Shown: positions 58,042-64,000 of the stretch, in pieces
How positions within the stretch are numbered: the first letter of the stretch is position 1
How the letters are laid out: every line of letters starts with the position of its first letter
Source of the DNA: a virus
DNA length: 64,000 nt
Direction: 5' to 3' (one strand)
Virus record (IMG/VR): IMGVR_UViG_3300043823_000114
Span: 1 to 64,000 of that record
Translations under genes and position numbers: made by a program
The notes under the pieces: generated by a model
Seen by the model: only the letters and a program-made list of their open reading frames with translations
What the model was told of the DNA's origin: nothing
Databases searched by the model: none

Positions 58042-60357
58042 ATGGCCAGTCCAGTAAAAATTAACATCCCCGGTGTGGGTCTCATAGAAGCTACTAATGC
58101 TGCCTCGGAAGACACTCTACTCAAAATTCTTGAAGCTACTAAGAAAAGCGAATCTACTAAGAAAAAAGAAGAAAAAGAAGCCGAGAAACAGCGCAAGCAG
58201 ATTGATGAAACTACTGATAGTTTAAAAGGTTGGCAAAAAGGTCTAATAGGGAATTCTTCCAAAGCTAGCAAATTGATGGACGAGCATGTGGCCAGTGGCA
58301 ATGCCGCAAATGCCAGTGTCAATAAACTTGCCGCCGGAGCATCAATGGCCGCCGGTGCGATTGGTCAAGAACTATTGCAAATGATTGGTTCTTTGGCTCA
58401 GAGTGCCGCTAGTCTGACATCTGCATTCATGACCAGTTATGATCAAATGGCTGAAAACCCAATCAGCGCTGGGCTAACAGTGTTACAAACAGAAGTTGAT
58501 GCAACTGCCACAATGTACAAAACTGCCGCTACAGCATTGCTAACTGGTATAGGTGCAATTTTTGGTCCAATTGGTATGTTAGTGGGGGCTGGCATTGGGG
58601 AATTGGTCGGCACTCTGATTGGTGGTGCCGCAGAAATACAAAAGCAGTATAATCAGAAAATGGCTGACGAGATGCAGAAATCAGTCAAAGTGCAAGGCGA
58701 ATACACCAAGATGGGTGCAAGTTTTGCTGGTGGTATGATGGAGATGCGAAATGTAGCCAATGACGCTGGCATAAGCATGTCCTTACTCAGCAAAGCCGCA
58801 TCTAAGTCTGCCGCAGATTTAACTGCTACTGGCCTGTCACACGGTGAAGCCATTAAAGTCATGGCAGACGGTATGAAAGGTCTTGCTAAGACAACTGGTA
58901 AGAGTGGTGCATCACTACGAGATGAAATGTTATCATTGGGCTATAGTTACGAAGAACAGGGCGAAGTCATGGCTTCGTATATGGCTCAGCAACGCAGTGC
59001 GGGTATAAATTTAAAAAATCTTGCCCCAGAAGAACTTGCTCGTGGTGCCCGTGAATACGCCACAAACTTAAAAGTCATCAGTGACATCACCGGGGAAGAT
59101 GCTAAAAAGCTAATGGAAAAAGCCAAAGCTGAGTCGTTGCAGGCTGGAGTATTTTCCGAAGTTATGAGAAAAGGTGGTCCAGAAGCTGTTAAGAAACTAC
59201 AGAATCAACTAGCCACAATGCCAGAAGGTTTGAAGAAAGCATACATAGAGAAATTAAGTCTAGGCAAAGTAGTCGATGCCGCGTCAAACATCTACATGAA
59301 TGCTAATGAAAAAGCCGCAGATCAATTAACTAACATGAGTGATGACTTGTACAATGCTGGTGTTAGTGCCGCAGACGCAACAAGAAGGACTGGCGAGTAT
59401 AGTGAACAAACTGGTAAGTATGCATTAGAACATGCAGATAAAATGGCTGAAATTGGTAAAGCAAGTATTGCGGGTGTGGTTGGTCCAGCAAAAGATACTT
59501 CCGATCTTGCTAACAAGATAACCATGGATGCTATAAAGCGACAAGAAGGTGCGACAGACGCCAGTGTTGACGCCGCTAAAAAGCAAGCCGAACTTGCAGG
59601 TAAAGCTGAAAGTGTGGAAGCAGGATTTGCAAAAGTAACCAGTGCAACGCAAGACTTTGCCAAAAATATGGAGCAATTGACTGGTAAAGAGCTTGGTACA
59701 TACGCTAAGAATTTAGCAGATGGATTCAGCACTGCCAAAGATGCGATACAAGATTTTGCTAAAACAATAGATAGTGTGCATAGCAGTATTGCCAGTAAAG
59801 CACCAAATGCCAGAGAAATAGGTTCAGCAGTTAAATCTGGTGGTTCTTCTTTTCTAGACTTTTTAGGGAAAGTTGGGTCTGCCTACTCTGAGTCTCCTGG
59901 GCTTGCTGAAGGTGGTTGGGCTAACGGAGATCCAGCTGGATTTTTGCAAAAACTTCATGGGACAGAGCTAGTTATCCCCACTAGTGGGGGGATGCTAGAC
60001 ACTAGCAGTAAGGGATTCTCAGAGTTAATAAAAGCTATGACTGGTACTGATTTGCCCAGTGGTAATATATCAGATACTATTAGTAAAGGTTTTTCAGAGC
60101 TAGCTAAATCTGGGGATGATCTAGCTTCTTCTACTTTAAATAATGATCAATTACTGAAAAAAATAGACGATCTAATATCAGTTATTGGTGAAAAGTTTAA
60201 TAGTACAAGCACTAACAGTGCTGGTGATATTATTACTAATGCTTTCAATGGTATGACTGATATCCTAACTAAACAATTGGGGTTCCACGAAGAAATTGCA
60301 GATCATGCCAAAGACAACAAAGATTTACTAGACAAACTTCTTAAAGTGTCCATGTAA
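58042..60357 (+). CDS. Tape-measure-like protein
   Basis: 771 aa, Ala/Gly/Lys-rich and helical, hydrophobic GAIFGPIGMLVGAGIG segment, AEGG...HGTELVIP motif. Confidence 0.65.
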   Translation: MASPVKINIPGVGLIEATNAASEDTLLKILEATKKSESTKKKEEKEAEKQRKQIDETTDSLKGWQKGLIGNSSKASKLMDEHVASGNAANASVNKLAAGASMAAGAIGQELLQMIGSLAQSAASLTSAFMTSYDQMAENPISAGLTVLQTEVDATATMYKTAATALLTGIGAIFGPIGMLVGAGIGELVGTLIGGAAEIQKQYNQKMADEMQKSVKVQGEYTKMGASFAGGMMEMRNVANDAGISMSLLSKAASKSAADLTATGLSHGEAIKVMADGMKGLAKTTGKSGASLRDEMLSLGYSYEEQGEVMASYMAQQRSAGINLKNLAPEELARGAREYATNLKVISDITGEDAKKLMEKAKAESLQAGVFSEVMRKGGPEAVKKLQNQLATMPEGLKKAYIEKLSLGKVVDAASNIYMNANEKAADQLTNMSDDLYNAGVSAADATRRTGEYSEQTGKYALEHADKMAEIGKASIAGVVGPAKDTSDLANKITMDAIKRQEGATDASVDAAKKQAELAGKAESVEAGFAKVTSATQDFAKNMEQLTGKELGTYAKNLADGFSTAKDAIQDFAKTIDSVHSSIASKAPNAREIGSAVKSGGSSFLDFLGKVGSAYSESPGLAEGGWANGDPAGFLQKLHGTELVIPTSGGMLDTSSKGFSELIKAMTGTDLPSGNISDTISKGFSELAKSGDDLASSTLNNDQLLKKIDDLISVIGEKFNSTSTNSAGDIITNAFNGMTDILTKQLGFHEEIADHAKDNKDLLDKLLKVSM

Positions 60358-60363
60358 TAGTCT

Positions 60364-60371
60364 AATAAATA
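60364..60371 (+). promoter_or_regulatory. Late promoter AATAAATA upstream of the portal gene
   Basis: Followed by AGGA and the ATG at 60391. Confidence 0.6.
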
Positions 60372-60390
60372 TAGCATTACAGGAACAAAT

Positions 60391-62109
60391 ATGGCTGGGT
60401 GGAAAAAATATTTTAAGACCGGAAACTTTCAGGGTTCAGTGAGTCCAATTGGTAGCGCTACCGGCTCGCAATCAGTAAATCCCGCATACCGTGCTACAGC
60501 AAGCACATTACCAGAAGTCTATATCGGTCATCCAAATCGTATTGAGCGTTATAATCAATACGAGCAAATGGACATGGACAGTGAAGTTAATGCCGCTCTA
60601 GATATTCTTGCTGAGTTCAGCACACAAAAGAACACAGAGAATCTAAGCCCATTTGATTTACATTTTCACGAAAAACCAACAGATAACGAAGTTAAAATCA
60701 TTAAAGAGCAACTGCAACAATGGGTGCAGATGAATGAATTAAACAAACGTATCTTCAAGATTTTTCGAAACACTATCAAGTATGGTGATCAAGTTTTCAT
60801 CCGTGATCCAGAAACATTCAAATTATTCTGGGTTGAGATGTCCAAAGTTGTTAAAGTTATTGTTAACGAAAGTGATGGTAAAAAGCCAGAACAATACGTT
60901 GTCAAAGACATTAACCCAAACTTTCAAAATCTTACAGTCACAGCAGTAAGTACAAGCGATACATTCACTAATCACCCCCAAGTTGGTGGCGCAAGCGGTG
61001 CTTATGTTCAGCCACGAAGCCCATATAGTGGTGGAAGTCGTTTCAGTCATGCACAAAACGAAGCAGTTGTTAATGCTGAACACGTTGTTCATTTGAGTTT
61101 AACTGAGGGTCTAGATATATTCTGGCCTTTTGGTAATAGTGTATTAGAGAATGTTTTCAAAGTATTCAAACAAAAAGAACTACTTGAAGACAGTATCATT
61201 ATCTACCGTGTTCAGCGTGCCCCAGAGCGTAGAATGTTCAAAATCGATGTGGGTAACATGCCAACACACATGGCTATGGCCTTTATTGAGCGTGTTAAAA
61301 ATGAGATTAATCAACGAAGAATTCCAACACAAAGTGCCAGTGGTCAGAATATGATGGATGCCACATACAATCCATTGCAGACTAACGAAGACTTTTTCTT
61401 CCCACAAACTGCTGATGGTCGTGGTAGTAGCGTTGAAATTCTTCCTGGTGGACAGAATTTGGGTGAAATCACTGACTTGAAGTTCTTTACTAATAAGCTA
61501 TTCCGTGGTCTACGAATTCCAGCAAGTTATTTGCCAACAGGTATTGATGACGGTACTCAAGCAATCAGTGATGGCAAAGTGGGCACTGCCCTGATTCAAG
61601 AATGGCGTTTCAATCAATATTGTAAGCGTCTACAAGGTATGGTTATCGATAAACTCGATCAAGAGTTCAAGATGTTCATGCGTTGGAGAGGTATTAATAT
61701 TGATGGGCAAATCTTTGATTTAACTTTCAATGAACCACAAAACTTTGCTCAATACCGTCAAGCAGATATTGATAGCGCAAAGATTGCTACATTCACACAG
61801 CTAGAAGCATTTCCTTACTTTAGTAAGCGTTTCTTAATGAAGCGTTATCTGGGTCTGAGCGAGATGGAGATGGCAGAAAACGAAATTCAATGGGCAGAAG
61901 AAAAAGGCAAAGGCGAAAGTTCTGAAGCTGGTCAAGCCAATCTGCGTAATGTTGGTATCACTCCTGGTGGTCTTGCCAGCGATCTTGAGAATGTCACTCC
62001 TCCTGCTGGTCCAGCAGGTGGTGGCGGTGCACTTGATGGTATGGGTGGTGCAGAAGCTGGAGCCCCAGCAGCCGGTGCTGCCCCAGCAAGTCCTCCAGGT
62101 GTAATGTAA
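60391..62109 (+). CDS. Portal protein, T4 gp20-like
   Basis: LLEDSIIIYRVQRAPERRMFKIDVGNMP, EDFFFP...GRGS.VE.LPGGQNLGEI.D. Confidence 0.95.
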   Translation: MAGWKKYFKTGNFQGSVSPIGSATGSQSVNPAYRATASTLPEVYIGHPNRIERYNQYEQMDMDSEVNAALDILAEFSTQKNTENLSPFDLHFHEKPTDNEVKIIKEQLQQWVQMNELNKRIFKIFRNTIKYGDQVFIRDPETFKLFWVEMSKVVKVIVNESDGKKPEQYVVKDINPNFQNLTVTAVSTSDTFTNHPQVGGASGAYVQPRSPYSGGSRFSHAQNEAVVNAEHVVHLSLTEGLDIFWPFGNSVLENVFKVFKQKELLEDSIIIYRVQRAPERRMFKIDVGNMPTHMAMAFIERVKNEINQRRIPTQSASGQNMMDATYNPLQTNEDFFFPQTADGRGSSVEILPGGQNLGEITDLKFFTNKLFRGLRIPASYLPTGIDDGTQAISDGKVGTALIQEWRFNQYCKRLQGMVIDKLDQEFKMFMRWRGINIDGQIFDLTFNEPQNFAQYRQADIDSAKIATFTQLEAFPYFSKRFLMKRYLGLSEMEMAENEIQWAEEKGKGESSEAGQANLRNVGITPGGLASDLENVTPPAGPAGGGGALDGMGGAEAGAPAAGAAPASPPGVM

Positions 62110-62117
62110 CCAAATAA

Positions 62118-62125
62118 TATAAATA
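62118..62125 (+). promoter_or_regulatory. Late promoter TATAAATA
   Basis: Exact T4 late box, 5 nt before the ATG at 62131. Confidence 0.7.
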
Positions 62126-62130
62126 ACACT

Positions 62131-62373
62131 ATGTTTGTATTAGATTTATTTGAATCACCTGAATCTGCTAAGCCAGGTTATCAGAGTGAACAAGATGACA
62201 ACTCAGTCATGAAGTTAAGCGACCTACGCAAAACTCGTTTAACACTAGCACATCTAAATCGTCTACGGATGGCGAATGATGTGCGTAAATTTGAATTCGA
62301 AACCAAGATGAAAGATATCCAAAGTCAGTACGGTGCAAGTGCTGAAGCTGCCGCGGGGCCAGGTGGAATCTAA
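62131..62373 (+). CDS. Small head-assembly protein
   Basis: 80 aa between portal and prohead core genes; RKTRLTL..LN.LR. Confidence 0.65.
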   Translation: MFVLDLFESPESAKPGYQSEQDDNSVMKLSDLRKTRLTLAHLNRLRMANDVRKFEFETKMKDIQSQYGASAEAAAGPGGI

Positions 62374-62478
62374 TTATTCTGAAAAAACATCAAAAAAACA
62401 CGCATAAAACCCCCAAAACTGCGTAGTTTTCTAAATAATAATACAAAGCTACAAACAAATTTTACAGGAGTTCCTTAA

Positions 62479-63753
62479 ATGAACAAATATGAACAACTTA
62501 TTGAGAGCATTCTCAATGAAGACGAAGCAACAGCGAAATCTTTGTTCCACGACATCGTGGTAGCAAAATCTCGTGAAATTTATGAAAGTCTAATGGACGA
62601 AGAAATGGGTGGTAATCCTGCTCAAGGTTTCGTTTCTGACATCACTAATCAAGATCAATCTGCTCAAGACATGGGTCTTGGTGAAGACGACATGGAAGGT
62701 GGCGATATTGAATTAGGTGGTGACGACATGGATGACGGCTTCGGTGACGAAGAAACATTCGGTGGTGACGACGAAATGGGTATGGGCGGTGAAGAAGGCG
62801 ATCACGCTGAAATCATCGGCAAAATGGATGACCTAGAAGCACAACTAGCTGAACTAAAAGCTATGTTGGGCGATGAGGGTGGCGAAGACTTTGGTGGTGA
62901 AGAACCAGCTGGCGACATGGGCGGTGACGACTTCGGTGGTGAAGAAGGCGAAAACGACTTTGACATGGACGGTGGCGAAGAAGGTTCTGGTACATCTGGT
63001 AGCGGTAAATCTAGCTCTGGATTTGGTACAAGCGGTTCTGGCAAATCAGGATCAGGTTCTTCTGACTTCGGTGGCGAAGAACTAGAAGAAGCATTCGGTA
63101 TGAGTGGTTCTGGTGCATCTGGATCAGGTAAGTCTGGTTCTGGTAAATCAGGTTCTGGTAAAATGGAAAGCGCTAACCCATTCGCTAAGAGTGGTTCTGG
63201 CAAGTCAGGCAGCGGTGCTTCTGGATCAGGTAAGTCTGGTTCTGGCAAATCAGGTTCTGGCAAGACAGAAAGCTATGTTCGTAAGACAGAAGCTGAAATC
63301 ATGAAAGAATACGTTGACAAGATCGGCGAAATCTACAAAGTAAATAGTCCAAACAACGAAACTGGTAAAACAGTTGGTACTGGTGGTGATGAGCCTAGCG
63401 TAAATCACAATTCTATAAGTCTAGACAAAGGTCCTGACTTCGGTGGAACAAACGAAAACATTCTAAGCGGTAAAGGTAACGAAGTTGCTGCCGATGGTAA
63501 GCAATTCAAAGCTCCGAAGAATGAATATAGCAAAGGTCAAACAGAACAACCTTTAGCTAATAAAAACGGCGGTTATAAAAACAAAGTTGGTGGTAACACT
63601 CCTTGGAATCAGAAAGCTCCTAGCGAAGGTCACGGAGCAGAGAAGAAATCTAGTCGTGAAGGTGGTAACGTAGGTGCTAAAGACACTATCGGTACTAACA
63701 TCAACAAAAAAGGTGAGTTGGGCGGCGCAGGTCAACCAACAGGTAAGAAGTAA
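62479..63753 (+). CDS. Prohead core/scaffold-like protein, acidic with SGSGK repeats
   Basis: N-terminal A..LFH.IVV.KSR.IYE; D/E/G-rich; lies between portal and protease; AGGAG Shine-Dalgarno. Confidence 0.7.
   Translation: MNKYEQLIESILNEDEATAKSLFHDIVVAKSREIYESLMDEEMGGNPAQGFVSDITNQDQSAQDMGLGEDDMEGGDIELGGDDMDDGFGDEETFGGDDEMGMGGEEGDHAEIIGKMDDLEAQLAELKAMLGDEGGEDFGGEEPAGDMGGDDFGGEEGENDFDMDGGEEGSGTSGSGKSSSGFGTSGSGKSGSGSSDFGGEELEEAFGMSGSGASGSGKSGSGKSGSGKMESANPFAKSGSGKSGSGASGSGKSGSGKSGSGKTESYVRKTEAEIMKEYVDKIGEIYKVNSPNNETGKTVGTGGDEPSVNHNSISLDKGPDFGGTNENILSGKGNEVAADGKQFKAPKNEYSKGQTEQPLANKNGGYKNKVGGNTPWNQKAPSEGHGAEKKSSREGGNVGAKDTIGTNINKKGELGGAGQPTGKK
62983..63263 (+). repeat. Imperfect 15-bp tandem repeats encoding SGSG(K/A)
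   Basis: Repeated tc(t/a)ggttctgg(t/c)aa(a/g) units in three blocks. Confidence 0.85.
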
Positions 63754-63766
63754 TTAGGGACGTAAA

Positions 63767-64000
63767 ATGGCTTTGTACCTAAAAGAGACGCTTACTTTTA
63801 ATCATGCAGGGATTCAAATTCTCGAAGAGGATTCCCACGATGGTAAAGGTAAGAGTCTTAAAATGAAAGGGATATTCATCGAGGGAGGTGTGAAGAACGC
63901 TAACCAACGTGTTTATCCTGTTCAGGAAATCTCAAAGGCCGTTAATACAATCAATGAACAGATCAAGAGTGGTTATTCAGTTCTTGGTGAGTTAGATCAC
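63767..64000 (+). CDS. Prohead protease, T4 gp21-like, 3'-partial
   Basis: MALYLKE...MKGIFIEGGVKNANQRVYP...VLGELDH running off the window. Confidence 0.9.
   Translation, partial: MALYLKETLTFNHAGIQILEEDSHDGKGKSLKMKGIFIEGGVKNANQRVYPVQEISKAVNTINEQIKSGYSVLGELDH

Noticed and set aside
62983-63263. Walker A motifs or a CRISPR-like array
   Set aside because: Low-complexity coding repeats with no P-loop fold context and no spacers

Overview
This 64-kb window is part of a large T4-like (myovirus-type) tailed phage genome read in the standard genetic code. Left part (1-19.5 kb): an almost fully overlapping, mostly minus-strand modification cluster. It holds six radical SAM enzymes (five with an N-terminal twitch/SPASM-like domain), several glycosyltransferase-like proteins, a NodU/CmcH carbamoyltransferase broken by one in-frame TAA, two SGNH-like proteins, a 33-aa PFIY micro-ORF and an APS-kinase-like protein, all headed by a near-consensus sigma70 promoter. 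Middle (19.5-52.2 kb): minus-strand tail fibre and baseplate genes. These include an S53 protease-fibre fusion whose Gly-rich end is split by a 2OG-Fe(II) oxygenase gene, a 4158-aa wedge protein, gp6, gp25, a multi-hydrolase gp5-like spike, and gp53- and gp48/54-like genes. Right part: gp55-like late sigma factor, gp47/gp46, a minimal GIY-YIG nuclease followed by a ~435-nt highly structured non-coding region (best novel-system candidate), a gp26/gp51-like pair joined by a -1 slippery site, a tape-measure-like gene, portal, prohead core proteins and the start of the prohead protease. All family calls come from motifs recognised by eye; no database search was run.
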